The notes: generated from the sequence alone by a model not told the origin. 64,000 nucleotides of DNA from an uncultured Planctomycetaceae bacterium (GCA_963815195.1 CAWFGE010000007.1:224001-288000), one strand, 5' to 3'. Numbered from the stretch's first letter, positions 48,222 through 58,637 are shown. Numbers and translations: made by a program.

Positions 48222-48409
48222 GGTCCCGCTTTGAGGAAACGGCACCGATCGCACCGATTTTTGTGCGACCGCCGCGTCCTTCCGCTCTGATCCGCCGCTG
48301 GCCGCCGCCTTCGGGGAACGCTCTGCGCCGCCCGAATCAAAAGGCGACGGCGAATTCCCCCATTCCTTTCCGCTGTTGATCCCGGCCTTCTGAAGAGGAG
48401 TTTCCTTCC

Positions 48410-48961
48410 ATGCAATATAAAGCCGCTCCCCACAAATCCATTTCCGCTCCCCCGGTTTCCGCCCATGCCGTTTCGGAGCCGATGTCCCGCGATTCCCAGC
48501 CTACGACCGAACCGGCGAATTCCGAGGCGTATGCCAAGGTTCGCCGGCTGATCGAAGCGGGCCGTTTGGACGAAGCCGAGTCTCTGGCCCGGTCGCGGTA
48601 CGATGGCCCGATGAAGAACGCCCTCGGCGTGTGTTTGATGCGGGCCGGAAAAGCCGACGAAGCCGTTCGTGTGTATCGCCCGCTGGTGCTCGATCACACG
48701 GGGCTGTTCCTGCGGGGCCAAGTTCCCGCGGTTTACAAAACGAACTTCGCCTACGCCCTGATGCTCTCCGGCCGCATCAGCGGAGGATTAAACATCGCCA
48801 GAGAACTCGCCGCGGAGGATCATCCCAGCGTCCGGAAGCTGCAATCCGCCATTGAAGTGTGGAAAGCAAACCTGTCCCTCGTTCAAAAACTGGGATTGGC
48901 TTTGGGGCTGGAACCGAAACCGCCGCTGGCTCTCGACTTCCCTCCGGGGGATCTGATTTAA
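48410..48961 (+). CDS. Hypothetical TPR-like protein
   Basis: GAGGAG RBS. NALGVCLMRAGKADEAVRVY resembles a TPR helix pair. Confidence 0.65.
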   Translation: MQYKAAPHKSISAPPVSAHAVSEPMSRDSQPTTEPANSEAYAKVRRLIEAGRLDEAESLARSRYDGPMKNALGVCLMRAGKADEAVRVYRPLVLDHTGLFLRGQVPAVYKTNFAYALMLSGRISGGLNIARELAAEDHPSVRKLQSAIEVWKANLSLVQKLGLALGLEPKPPLALDFPPGDLI

Positions 48962-49115
48962 CGCCTTTCCAAATAGCCCGCACAGAGGCTGGATGATTTT
49001 TCAAATGCCTGGAAGTCGTGCCTCATGGAGGCGAAGGGAAACGTCCAGTCAACCGAGGACGATCGGGATCTGGGAAAGGCATCCGGCGGATTCCGAACGG
49101 GACGGCGAATTTGAG

Positions 49116-50081
49116 TCATCGTTCCAGCCGGCTGCGGCGGTCGCGCCAATCGATTTTGAGGTCTTGAACTTGCTTCTTCAAAAATCCCAGCGTCAAGGCG
49201 TCCGACTTGGGCACCCGGCCCAGCAAATCCGTCCCGCTGAGCGCTGTGGGATAGGAGTCTTTGAAGACCGTGCCGGTCTTCTCGATATTGATCTGCTTAT
49301 ACATGGTGCGGACATCGCGGGCGGAGCTGTCCTTTGTCCCGTTGATGAACAGAAACGAGACCGCGCCGGGGAACTTGGTTCGGAAGAACAGCAGCGGCTT
49401 CGCGGAACTGAGGCCGGGAACATTTTCCTTAGGCGACAAGAGCACGAGGCCGCGAACGGTTTGTCCGCGGGGCGTCATCGCCGCCAGCGCGGGGGCGTCC
49501 TGGTAAGGCTTCTTGGTCCAATCATTGGCGGCCCAGTTCAAGACGACGGGGACCATGTTCTCGGCGGCGACAATGGCCAACTTGGCCATGTTGAGCTTTT
49601 TCGCCTGATGCTCCTTGAACAGGAATCCCTGGATGACTTCGAGTTCGCTGATGTTGCTGGCCGATGCCATCGCTTTGTAATCGATGGCCGTGAGTTCCTT
49701 ATTCGGATCGTCCCGCTGGGGTTTGGCGTTGCCGTGCTTCCGCATATCGCAGGTGATGACGGCGAAGTTCTCCGCCTGCAGCCGCGCGGCCATGCCGTTT
49801 TTCTGCCACACCAATTGGTTCTCGTTCTCGCCGTGCAGCAAAATGACGACCGCGGCATCCTCGCCCGCGGGGGATTCGTAATAGGTGATCGGAATGTTCC
49901 AGCCGTCCGCCGTGCTCAACGTCTCCGTGCGGACGCTGGGGGCGGATTTTTTCGATGCTTGCGCAAAGGCCGATTCAAAGCCGGCGGACAGCACCGCGAA
50001 GGCGGCGGCGAGCCCCAACAGGCCCTTGGAAAACTTTTTGAAATGGGAAAATTGAATTGCCGGGATCCAATGGAATTGCAT
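49116..50081 (-). CDS. Secreted alpha/beta-hydrolase-fold protein with degenerate catalytic elbow
   Basis: Signal peptide, LSTADG..I, VILLHG, DMRKHG and LVLLSP. The elbow position reads AAENM instead of GxSxG. Confidence 0.7.
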   Translation of the reverse strand: MQFHWIPAIQFSHFKKFSKGLLGLAAAFAVLSAGFESAFAQASKKSAPSVRTETLSTADGWNIPITYYESPAGEDAAVVILLHGENENQLVWQKNGMAARLQAENFAVITCDMRKHGNAKPQRDDPNKELTAIDYKAMASASNISELEVIQGFLFKEHQAKKLNMAKLAIVAAENMVPVVLNWAANDWTKKPYQDAPALAAMTPRGQTVRGLVLLSPKENVPGLSSAKPLLFFRTKFPGAVSFLFINGTKDSSARDVRTMYKQINIEKTGTVFKDSYPTALSGTDLLGRVPKSDALTLGFLKKQVQDLKIDWRDRRSRLER

Positions 50082-50426
50082 TTGGCTTCACCTCTGTTTT
50101 TGAACGAAACGTCGGAAGATGCTTCAAATTCCAGTGTACGGTGATCGGGGAGTGGGGTCAATCGGCACGTCCGCGCTGCCGCGCAGCGGCCGGATCCGAA
50201 ACTCATAACCCGCTCAGCCCGGTGCTTGTGAAAATTCGGGATTCGCCGCTCGTGCGGGTTTTGCCGGGGATGCTGGTTCCAGGACGCGGCGCGCTGGCAT
50301 AATCCGCACCCGCCGGACCATCTTCGCCGCCCGGCGGCAATTCCGGTTTGAGATGTTCCCGAACGGAACGTACCATCGAGGAGACACGTTCCCCGTTTGA
50401 CGTTTCCTCTTCCGTGGAGCAGGGCG

Positions 50427-51719
50427 ATGGCGATTGGCGGTTCGGCTGAAAAGCCTGGGTTTTTGGCGGCTTCGATCTTGGTGCTGGCGTTGTTGGCTAC
50501 GGCTTCGGAACGGCCGGCGCCGGCGGCGGACGATCCCGTCCAACCCGCCATTGCCGAGTCGGCCCCCCGCGGGTTCGACCTTCTTGATACTTACCAGGCC
50601 AAACAGAAACGCCTGGACGTATTCCTCAAACAGCACGTTCTAGACAACCTCGCGCCGCTGGACCAGGAAAGTCCCGCCGCCGACGAGGTCGCGCGGCTCA
50701 AGGGAGGGTTGCAACTCTTGATCGACCAAGAGGCCGAACGGCTCTTTCGCGAGGCAATGGGTTCCGGGGATCCCGAAGTTCGCGATGCGATTCTCAAGAA
50801 ACTCCTCGAGGGAAAGTATGCTCCCCATGTCAGCGATCGGGTGAAACAAGAATTTGAAAAACGCACAATCGCGAACGGGAAAGAGCCCTTTCCCACGGTC
50901 GAAGAGGCCCGGGCTGCGGAAAAGCGGCTCAAGGAAAAACAGGCGCAACAGGCGGCCGAACAAGCCCAAAAGGATTTAAAAGACTTGGATCAGTTGAAAG
51001 ACCAACTGATGAGCGAGCGGATTTCCCAAGCCGCTCGAGACTTTGCGGAAACCGAATCGCGGAAGCAATTCACGACCGCCATTCGGCTTGTGCGGACGCA
51101 GCGGCGAGAACACCTGCGGGGTCTCATCGCTCGATACCCGGACACGAAAGCGGCCCACGAAGCCGAGGCGATTTTGGCGGGGAAGAAACAAGAAAACGAA
51201 TGGATCGCGAGCCAAAAGCTGGCGGAGGCGGTTCGTGCTCCGGTGAATTTCGATCAGCGTTGGCGGCGGATGAAAGAACTCATCCGGGAGTTGCCGAACA
51301 CAAAAGCCGCCGAGGAAGCCGCGCGGCTGTTCGACCAACACGCGGCCCAGGTTCCTCCCGCGTCCGTCACCAACGAAACCAGCCACGCCGCCGGATTGAC
51401 CTGGGACGTGCCCTACAGCCGGCTCAATTGGGCCAGCATCGCGGCGGGGGAAACCGAATCGCTCGCGTCGGCGTTTCCCATGCTGGTCCGCGTGCAAATT
51501 GATGACAACCAATGGCAGCCTTACCAGGTGCGTCCCGGCGGCCGGTATTTTCTCCGCACGAGCCCCGCGGGAATCCCGGTCTTGTTTGATGAAAACGGCG
51601 TGCCGGCCGGGAAAACCATCGTCGCTCCCCAATTCGGCCGGCCGCTCCCCAAAGCGCCCCCATTGCCGGTTTGGACCGAGCCGCACTTCTTCGACTGGCC
51701 CTGCCTTTATGGCTATTGA
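50427..51719 (+). CDS. Hypothetical exported protein with coiled-coil and YPDTKAA/LPNTKAA helical repeats
   Basis: Signal-like N-terminus. Internal repeats LIARYPDTKAAHEA and LIRELPNTKAAEEA. Confidence 0.65.
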   Translation: MAIGGSAEKPGFLAASILVLALLATASERPAPAADDPVQPAIAESAPRGFDLLDTYQAKQKRLDVFLKQHVLDNLAPLDQESPAADEVARLKGGLQLLIDQEAERLFREAMGSGDPEVRDAILKKLLEGKYAPHVSDRVKQEFEKRTIANGKEPFPTVEEARAAEKRLKEKQAQQAAEQAQKDLKDLDQLKDQLMSERISQAARDFAETESRKQFTTAIRLVRTQRREHLRGLIARYPDTKAAHEAEAILAGKKQENEWIASQKLAEAVRAPVNFDQRWRRMKELIRELPNTKAAEEAARLFDQHAAQVPPASVTNETSHAAGLTWDVPYSRLNWASIAAGETESLASAFPMLVRVQIDDNQWQPYQVRPGGRYFLRTSPAGIPVLFDENGVPAGKTIVAPQFGRPLPKAPPLPVWTEPHFFDWPCLYGY

Positions 51720-51733
51720 GTCGAAAGCGATTG

Positions 51734-52039
51734 CTAGCGAGACACGGGAATGGACTTTCCATCCCACTTGTGGTTCTCGTCTGGAATAAAGGTCATGGAA
51801 GGGTTTGCCGGGTGCTCGCTTGCGGCGAGCACGACGAGCCATCCTCCCGGCACGGCCGTCCGGTAAATGTTCCCAGGCACTTTGTCCTTGGACACCCATT
51901 GGAAGGACAGATCCACCTGGCGTGGCGCCGGCTGTTTGGCCTGGTCTTGGGCAAAAGCGTCGTTCTCAGGTTCCCTCATGCCGGAGCAAAAACCCCAGAT
52001 GGCAACGAGAACGCATAAGGCGATTGTTGAAGCTTTCAT
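51734..52039 (-). CDS. Small secreted hypothetical protein
   Basis: Signal peptide. C-terminal YRTAVPGGWLV...MTFIPDENHKWDG looks like a conserved small domain. Confidence 0.65.
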   Translation of the reverse strand: MKASTIALCVLVAIWGFCSGMREPENDAFAQDQAKQPAPRQVDLSFQWVSKDKVPGNIYRTAVPGGWLVVLAASEHPANPSMTFIPDENHKWDGKSIPVSR

Positions 52040-52134
52040 AGGTTGACTTTCTGGTTAGACGGTTGGCAGCGAGCTTTGGACGAAAAGGGACGGCTTTTTT
52101 CGCTGTTCCACCCGGCTCACGATAAGCCGGCGGT

Positions 52135-53781
52135 TTACCAGAGATGCCAGCCGATGAAGCCGGCACAGGCGACTCCAAGGAGTGTAAACGTCAACAGCAT
52201 GCCGAACAGGATGGGACGGCGGCGGCACCAGCGTCCGAGCCGGGCCAACATACCGGGCGGCTTGGTTTTAATCGGCTGGTTCTGCAGATAGCGGCGGAGT
52301 TCCGAAACGATCGCCATCCCGGACGGATAGCGGTCGCGGGGATGGACTTCGAGGCACTTCATGCAGATGGCATCGAGCGGTTTGGGGACGGAGGAATTGA
52401 CCGCGCGCGGGCTGGGCGGGCGGCCTTTGGCGATTTGCTTTAAGAGGTCCCTGCCTTTTCCCCGGAAGGGTCTCCGCCCGGTCAAGAGTTCGTACAAAAT
52501 CACGCCGAACGCGAACACGTCCGTCAGCGGGTCCGCAACGCCGCCGGCTTCGGGGAGCTGCTCCGGTGCCAGATAGGCCGCGTCTCCCACGATGTCGCCG
52601 CCCGCGGTGAGGGTTTGCGCGCTGCGGCCCGTGTTGAGCGAGAAGTCCATCAGGTAAGGCTCCAAGTCGGCGCGCAGGCGGATGTTCGTGGGCTTTAAGT
52701 TCCCGTGCACGACGTCAAATTTGTGCGCGTGATTCAACCCGCTCGCGATCCCGGCGCACAGACTTGCGATTTCCCGAAAGGACAACTTCCGCTCGGACGA
52801 CTTGGCAAGGTATTCGGAGAGTTCAACGCTGCCCCTGGCATAATCGCTCACGATATAAATTCTGTCCTCGGCGCGATCCACTTCGTGCAGGGTGACGATG
52901 TTGTCGTGCCGAAGCTGCATGACGGAGCGAAGCCCCGTGAGAAAATCCTCCGTCTTGCGTTCGTCCACGGGATTCGCCCAGGACACTTTGATGGCAATCG
53001 GTTTGCCGGTCTGGCCGTCTTTGGCGCGAAACACCATCCCAAATGGCCCCACGCCCGCGCGGGATTGCTGGGGAAGCGCATACGGGCCGACGTGGGGTGG
53101 CATCGCGATGTCGGCGGCCGCGGTTTCGGGAGGAATCAGACTGAACCGGGTCTGGCAGTCGGGGCAGTTCAGTTCCAGAAGGTCCTCGACCCTTTGAAAC
53201 GGAACCCGCGCGTGGCAGTACGGACACCGGACCGCGTGGCCGCCGAGTTCAAATGAACTATGTAACGAAGAACGAGCGCCCGCCGCCGATCCTTCCGTCG
53301 GTGAATTGGATATCTCCACGTCTTCGAAAAAATCTTCCGGCAGCACAGCGGAATCGTTGGGGTTGCGCATCCGTTCCTGGCGGTCCGACCGCGGGGCCCG
53401 TTCGGCGCTTTTGCCGTTTCGGCGAGGGGGTTCGGTTTCACTCAGCCGCTGGAAATCCGCCGGCGGCGGTTCGGGCACCGGAGCGGGTTCGTATTGAACT
53501 TTCCCGTGCGTTTCGGCCGGCTTCTGCGATTTCCCGGGTCTTGGGGGGGGTGGGGCAGGTTTTGGGGGATTCTCCGGCGGCGACTCGGGAGTCAGAGCCT
53601 TTTCCATTACAAATTTGTAGCTGCACCGTGGGCATTTCCCCTTCCGCCCCAAAAATTCCCGGCTCGGAAGGTGCAAGTGATAATCGCATTGCGGACAGGC
53701 GACGATGATTTCCATGGGAACAGTTTGAGCCGAAGGCCGTCCTTGGGCAAGGGGTGGAAGTTTCTCATTGGGGGCGCTCAT
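52135..53781 (-). CDS. Membrane-anchored Hanks-type Ser/Thr kinase-like protein (probable pseudokinase) with two Zn ribbons
   Basis: CPQC/CPRC and CPYC/CPDC pairs, GVGPFG, AIK, HGNLKPTN, DFS, YLAPEQ, DVFAFGVILYELLTG and a C-terminal TM helix. Confidence 0.88.
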   Translation of the reverse strand: MSAPNEKLPPLAQGRPSAQTVPMEIIVACPQCDYHLHLPSREFLGRKGKCPRCSYKFVMEKALTPESPPENPPKPAPPPPRPGKSQKPAETHGKVQYEPAPVPEPPPADFQRLSETEPPRRNGKSAERAPRSDRQERMRNPNDSAVLPEDFFEDVEISNSPTEGSAAGARSSLHSSFELGGHAVRCPYCHARVPFQRVEDLLELNCPDCQTRFSLIPPETAAADIAMPPHVGPYALPQQSRAGVGPFGMVFRAKDGQTGKPIAIKVSWANPVDERKTEDFLTGLRSVMQLRHDNIVTLHEVDRAEDRIYIVSDYARGSVELSEYLAKSSERKLSFREIASLCAGIASGLNHAHKFDVVHGNLKPTNIRLRADLEPYLMDFSLNTGRSAQTLTAGGDIVGDAAYLAPEQLPEAGGVADPLTDVFAFGVILYELLTGRRPFRGKGRDLLKQIAKGRPPSPRAVNSSVPKPLDAICMKCLEVHPRDRYPSGMAIVSELRRYLQNQPIKTKPPGMLARLGRWCRRRPILFGMLLTFTLLGVACAGFIGWHLW

Positions 53782-54157
53782 CAGTTATATCACCTCTCCG
53801 GGCCGTAAACTATCCCGCGATTTCTGCATGGGGGAGAATCGGGGGATCGTCTCTGTCCCGCCGGCGCAACAAAACGGGGGACTCTCCAGAAGAGGGATAC
53901 CCTTTTCCCTCAGCGCGGCAAAAGGCCGTCGCGCGCCGCGGCCCCTTTGCAACCCGCTGGGTTTGTCAGATTTTTCCCCACACGTCAGTAGGAGAGCGAC
54001 GGGCGGCAAAATCGTGTATCCGTCGGATGCCTTTTCTGTAGGAGCGTGGTAGGAAAGAGAGGGAAGTTTGGTCTTTTTGTTCTACCCTAACAGGAACCCC
54101 GGCCGTTTCGAGAAGAGGGTTCCCTTTCTTGACATCGAATGGAATAGGAAACAATCC

Positions 54158-54844
54158 ATGTTGAAAACCGATGCCCCCCGACAACAGGACACGGCGAAAA
54201 AATCCGTCTTGCTCGTGGACGATCACCCGATCGTCCGAAAGGGCCTCATGATGCTCATTAACACCCAGCCCGATTGGGAGGTGTGCGGCGAAGCAGCGGG
54301 AATGTCGGAAGGGATGAGCTTGTTTTTCGAAAAGCACCCGGAATTCGTGATTGTCGATCTCTCCTTGGAAAATGGCAGCGGGTTGGAGTTGATTCGCGCC
54401 ATCGTCAAGGTGGAACCCAAGACGAAAATCCTGGTGCATTCTCTGCACGATGAGAACCTCTTCGCCGAACGAGCGCTCTGCGCGGGGGCCAAAGGCTATA
54501 TCAACAAAATGGAAGCCACAAACCGCATCGTGGACGCGCTCAAGTGCCTGCAAGCCGGGAATCTGTATCTCAGCGACAAAATGAAGGAACGCATGTTGTC
54601 CCGGTCGGTCGGGGCGGTTCCGGCGGGCACCGACCATTCGCCGGTGGACCGCTTGTCCGACCGCGAGTTTGAAGTATTTGAGTTGATCGGCAAAGGCATG
54701 GCGGTTAAGGAAATCGCCGAGAAACTCTACCTCTCGCCCAAGACCATCGAAACCTACCGCGACAGCATCAAGACCAAGCTCGATTTGAAAAACTCCCGCC
54801 AGGTCGTGCAATATGCGATTCAATGGGTGCTGGAAGAAATGTGA
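54158..54844 (+). CDS. NarL/LuxR-family response regulator
   Basis: LLVDDHPIVR, IVDLSL, GAKGYINK and LSDREFEVF..IGKG...KEIAEKLYLSPKTIETYR. Confidence 0.93.
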   Translation: MLKTDAPRQQDTAKKSVLLVDDHPIVRKGLMMLINTQPDWEVCGEAAGMSEGMSLFFEKHPEFVIVDLSLENGSGLELIRAIVKVEPKTKILVHSLHDENLFAERALCAGAKGYINKMEATNRIVDALKCLQAGNLYLSDKMKERMLSRSVGAVPAGTDHSPVDRLSDREFEVFELIGKGMAVKEIAEKLYLSPKTIETYRDSIKTKLDLKNSRQVVQYAIQWVLEEM

Positions 54845-55272
54845 GGTCCCGGTGTGCGCAGACCAGGCCCGCGCCGCCGCGACGCTTCTCAGGCGGTGTG
54901 CTAAGTGAAAATGGGTTCGTCCGGATCATCAGGGGCAACGACGACGGTGTTAACGAATATCTTGTGCGCGCTCTTGCACCTCCCCAAAGGGCCCAAAGGG
55001 GAGGTGAAATCCATCATTCCTTCCCGCTGCGGATCCGTTTTTCTTTGTCCAATGTGTTGATTCGTCTCCGCACGGGTGCTAATCTGGAGTCATTGGAAGG
55101 CTTTTTTGTAGAGACCGCTACGTATATCCCGCCCAGAATCCTGCCGACTTATCCTGCCGCTGAAAACACTCCCCGTGCTTTTCACTTGTGTACACAAGTC
55201 TGCTGACAACCTCACTCTCGTCTGATCCATTTTTTCCCTTTCTCTCAAACCTTTTCCAAAGGAGGTGTCCTT

Positions 55273-56346
55273 ATGACCCTTTCGCGCCTGCAAATGAAGC
55301 GGAGCCGATCTTCGCGACCGAATCGGCTGGGCTTCACTTTGATCGAACTCTTGGTGGTCATCGCGATTATTGCGATCCTGATCGCGCTTCTGCTGCCGGC
55401 CGTGCAGCAGGCTCGTGAAGCCGCCCGCCGCAGCCAGTGCAAGAACAACCTCAAGCAGTTCGGCATCGCTTTGAGCAACTTTCACGACACGTACAACCGC
55501 TTCCCGGTCGCGATGGCGGACGACGACACGAACAACTGGGGTTGGGGCGTCTATTTGCTGCCCTATCTCGACCAGGCTCCCATGTACCAGCAATTGACCA
55601 AGGGCACGAACAGCACCTCGACGACCTTCACGCCGATCGTGCTCGTCTACCAGCCGGGAAATCACACGTTTCCGAGCGGCACCAACAACATCGACTCCAC
55701 AGGCTCGGGACAAAACGTCAACAGCGGCAACTACCCCGGGATTAAAAACACGCTGAACGCTTTTGTCTGCCCGTCCGACACGTTGCCCCAGACCAACAAC
55801 GCGGGCATCGGCAAGTCCAACTACTGCGCCAATATCGGAGCGATCCTCACCGGCAGCGGAGGCTGGGGCGGTCCCAGCGGCCAGACCATGAACGGCGGGT
55901 TGGCCTGGGACAATTACAACTACGCCAGCTACCATACCGACTTTGCCGCGCTGACAGACGGAGCGAGCAACACGATCATGATCGGCGAAGTCACCCAGTC
56001 CACGTGCGTGCGGAACAGCATCAACAACAATACCTGGTTCCCGGTCTGGACGGGCGGGAACACGCATGGTTCGCAGAGTCCCGGCTTCATCGGCTGGGGC
56101 AGCTTTGCCCGCACCACGAACGCCTCTTATCCGATCAACACGCCGGCCAATCTCTCCTCGACCAGCCCCAGTTGCGGCACCGGCGACAACTCGGACCGCG
56201 CTTTCGGCAGCCAGCACGTCGGCGGAGCCCAATTCGTGTTCGGCGACGGATCGGTCCACTTCCTCAGCCAGAACATCAACGCCCTCGTCTATCAGGGGCT
56301 CGGCACGCGGAACGGCGGAGAAGCCGTCTCCACGCCCGGCGGTTAA
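55273..56346 (+). CDS. DUF1559 prepilin-type N-terminal cleavage/methylation protein with H-X9-DG motif
   Basis: [50 protein letters not shown] and HVGGAQFVFGDGSV. Confidence 0.93.
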   Translation: MTLSRLQMKRSRSSRPNRLGFTLIELLVVIAIIAILIALLLPAVQQAREAARRSQCKNNLKQFGIALSNFHDTYNRFPVAMADDDTNNWGWGVYLLPYLDQAPMYQQLTKGTNSTSTTFTPIVLVYQPGNHTFPSGTNNIDSTGSGQNVNSGNYPGIKNTLNAFVCPSDTLPQTNNAGIGKSNYCANIGAILTGSGGWGGPSGQTMNGGLAWDNYNYASYHTDFAALTDGASNTIMIGEVTQSTCVRNSINNNTWFPVWTGGNTHGSQSPGFIGWGSFARTTNASYPINTPANLSSTSPSCGTGDNSDRAFGSQHVGGAQFVFGDGSVHFLSQNINALVYQGLGTRNGGEAVSTPGG

Positions 56347-56481
56347 TCCGGGCCGGTTTGATCGAATGAGACCTGTGCCGCCGGTGCTTCCGGCGGCCCA
56401 TTTTCCTCCAACACGCGGAGGCTCCGCCGGGAGATTCCGCGGTTCTCGCTTTCACAAAGTTTTGCCCAAAGGACTTTACCC

Positions 56482-56955
56482 ATGAATCATATGAAACGTC
56501 TCCCAGCACGAAAGGCGTTCCCGTGCTGGATCTTTCCCCTGTTGGCCGTGCCGCTGTTGCTGGCGGGATGCGGCGGCGGGGAGGAGCATCCCACGGCCGC
56601 CGTGACCGGCAAAGTGACCTACAAAGGCGACCCCGTCCAAGGCGGCACGCTGATTTTTGCTCCGGTGGCCGAGTCCGACAAATCCAACCCCGGAAAGCCG
56701 GGGATCGCCAACATCAAAGACGACGGCACGTTTACCGTCTCGACTTACGCGCAAGAAGACGGCGCGGTGGTCGGCAAAAACAACTTGACGTTTACGCCGC
56801 CGATTCCGGAGGCCCCGGCCACTCCCGAAGGCGGGCACTCGCAGGAAACGCCGAAGTCGCCTTACGACGGACTGGTTCCCAAGCCGTCGAGCGTCGACGT
56901 CAAATCCGGCGAGACGAACTCGTTCAATATTGAACTGGCTCCCTCCGGTTCGTAA
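56482..56955 (+). CDS. Planctomycete lipoprotein, DUF1559 partner
   Basis: Lipobox LAGC, VTGKVTYKG.PV.GGTLIF.P, DGTF.VSTY..EDGAVVG and N.FNIEL. Confidence 0.85.
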   Translation: MNHMKRLPARKAFPCWIFPLLAVPLLLAGCGGGEEHPTAAVTGKVTYKGDPVQGGTLIFAPVAESDKSNPGKPGIANIKDDGTFTVSTYAQEDGAVVGKNNLTFTPPIPEAPATPEGGHSQETPKSPYDGLVPKPSSVDVKSGETNSFNIELAPSGS

Positions 56956-57004
56956 AGTGGATCCAGAGCATCGCAGGTTCCGCCCGCGATGAAATGAACT
57001 CGAT

Positions 57005-57033
57005 AGGGGCGGCTCGCGGCCGTCCCTTTTTTT
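57005..57033 (+). terminator. Rho-independent terminator
   Basis: ggggcggc-tcgcg-gccgtccc stem followed by T7, 50 bp after the lipoprotein stop. Confidence 0.8.
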
Positions 57034-57104
57034 GCATTTCCCCGTTTGCGTCGTTTCCAATCGGATCAGGCCCGCTCCCCTCGTCGAAACGGTGCCGGCA
57101 ACCA

Positions 57105-58577
57105 ATGGCCTCCACGCCCCGCCCAGCGACGTCCGCCTCCCGAACGCCCGCGCCGTCCGGCCGAGCGGAAACGTGGCTGGCCCGCGCCTGCGCACCCGTG
57201 GACATCGCATCGCTAGTCTTCTTTCGCATCGCATTGGGACTGATCCTGCTGTGGGAGGTGTTCCGGTATTTCGCGAACGATTGGATCGCGTCCCAGTACA
57301 TCGACCCGCCGATTCACTTCATGTATCTCGGTTTCGGCTGGGTTCGCCCCTGGCCGGGCGACGGGATGTTTCTGCACTTTGGGGCCCTCGGCTTTCTGGC
57401 GGTTTGCGTGGTTGTCGGATTGAGATACCGCGCCGCGATGCTCTTGCTCTGGCTGGGATGGACTTACGTCGTGCTGTTGGACAAGGCGATGTATCTGAAC
57501 CATCTGTACCTCGTCTGCCTGATCTGTTTTTTGATGATCTTCGTCCCGGCGCACCGAGCGGGTTCGCTGGACTGCCTGCGAAATCCCGGACTGCGCACGG
57601 ACCACATCCCGGCCTGGGCGTTGTGGCTCATTCGCGGCCAGATCGCCATCCCGTATTTCTTCGGCGGCGTGGCGAAGATCGACGGCGATTGGCTCCACGG
57701 GCAGCCTTTGGAACTCTGGATGTCCCGCATGACTTCGCTCCGGGAAATCGTCCCGTTTTACGGCGAGCGATGGGCGGCTTTGGCTTTCAGCTACGGCGGC
57801 TTGCTGCTGGATTTGTTCGTGGTGCCCTTGCTCTTATGGCGGACGACGCGGCGGTGGGCGTTCGCGGCGGCGGTGACGTTTCACCTTTTGAATGCCGCGA
57901 TGTTCCACATCGGCATCTTTCCGTGGTTTATGATCTGCGCGACGACGTTGTTCCTCTCCCCCGAATGGCCGAGGCGCCTGCTGCGATTGTCCCCGGTGAA
58001 ACCCGCGCCCCCGTCCGTGGATCCCCACCCAATCCTTACGCCCGGGCGGAAACGGGGCATCGGCCTTTTGGCGGTTTGGTTTCTTGTGCAGGGGCTGCTT
58101 CCGTTTCGGCACTTCCTCTATCCGGGCGATGTCAATTGGACGGAAGAAGGCAGCCGATTCGCCTGGCGGATGATGCTTGTGGACAAGACGTCGGCGATGC
58201 AAATTCTCGCGCGGAACCCGCGAACGGGCCAGACCTTTGCCGTGGATCCCCGGCCGTGGCTTACGCCCAAACAGCTCGAACGCACGGGCCAACACCCGGC
58301 CATGGCCTTGGAGTTCAGCCGATTTCTCGCGAGCGAACTCCAGCGCAAGGGTTACGGCGACCTGGAAATCCGCGTGATCGATTTGTGCTCGATGAACGGC
58401 CGGAAGCCGCAGTTGCTCATCGATCCCCATGTCAATCTCGCCGCGGAGCCTCGGACCTGGGGGCATGAATCCTGGATCGTTCCACTCCACGAACCGCTTC
58501 CCGAGAAACCCTGGACCGTCCCGCCGCCCCAGTGGAGCAAATACCTCGACATCCCCCAAATGCTGAAGCGGAAATAG
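57105..58577 (+). CDS. HTTM-domain / vitamin K-dependent gamma-carboxylase-like membrane protein
   Basis: PVDIASLVFFRIALG, YLNHLYL, YFFGGVAKIDGDWL, FHLLN..MFHIGIFP, WTEEG.RFAWRMML and SMNGR.PQLLIDP.VNL. Confidence 0.9.
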   Translation: MASTPRPATSASRTPAPSGRAETWLARACAPVDIASLVFFRIALGLILLWEVFRYFANDWIASQYIDPPIHFMYLGFGWVRPWPGDGMFLHFGALGFLAVCVVVGLRYRAAMLLLWLGWTYVVLLDKAMYLNHLYLVCLICFLMIFVPAHRAGSLDCLRNPGLRTDHIPAWALWLIRGQIAIPYFFGGVAKIDGDWLHGQPLELWMSRMTSLREIVPFYGERWAALAFSYGGLLLDLFVVPLLLWRTTRRWAFAAAVTFHLLNAAMFHIGIFPWFMICATTLFLSPEWPRRLLRLSPVKPAPPSVDPHPILTPGRKRGIGLLAVWFLVQGLLPFRHFLYPGDVNWTEEGSRFAWRMMLVDKTSAMQILARNPRTGQTFAVDPRPWLTPKQLERTGQHPAMALEFSRFLASELQRKGYGDLEIRVIDLCSMNGRKPQLLIDPHVNLAAEPRTWGHESWIVPLHEPLPEKPWTVPPPQWSKYLDIPQMLKRK

Positions 58578-58637
58578 CTCAGACTTTCATCGGACCCTTC
58601 GGCTCCTGGCCCTGGCCATTCCCCTCGCGAATATCTC

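Noticed and set aside
54845..55272. Riboswitch or ncRNA in the long DUF1559 leader (hairpin cacctcccc...ggggaggtg near 54977-55006); also leaders 45670-46160 and 36052-36431
   Set aside because: No recognisable c-di-GMP, cobalamin, TPP, SAM or other consensus. An Rfam/Infernal search would be needed.
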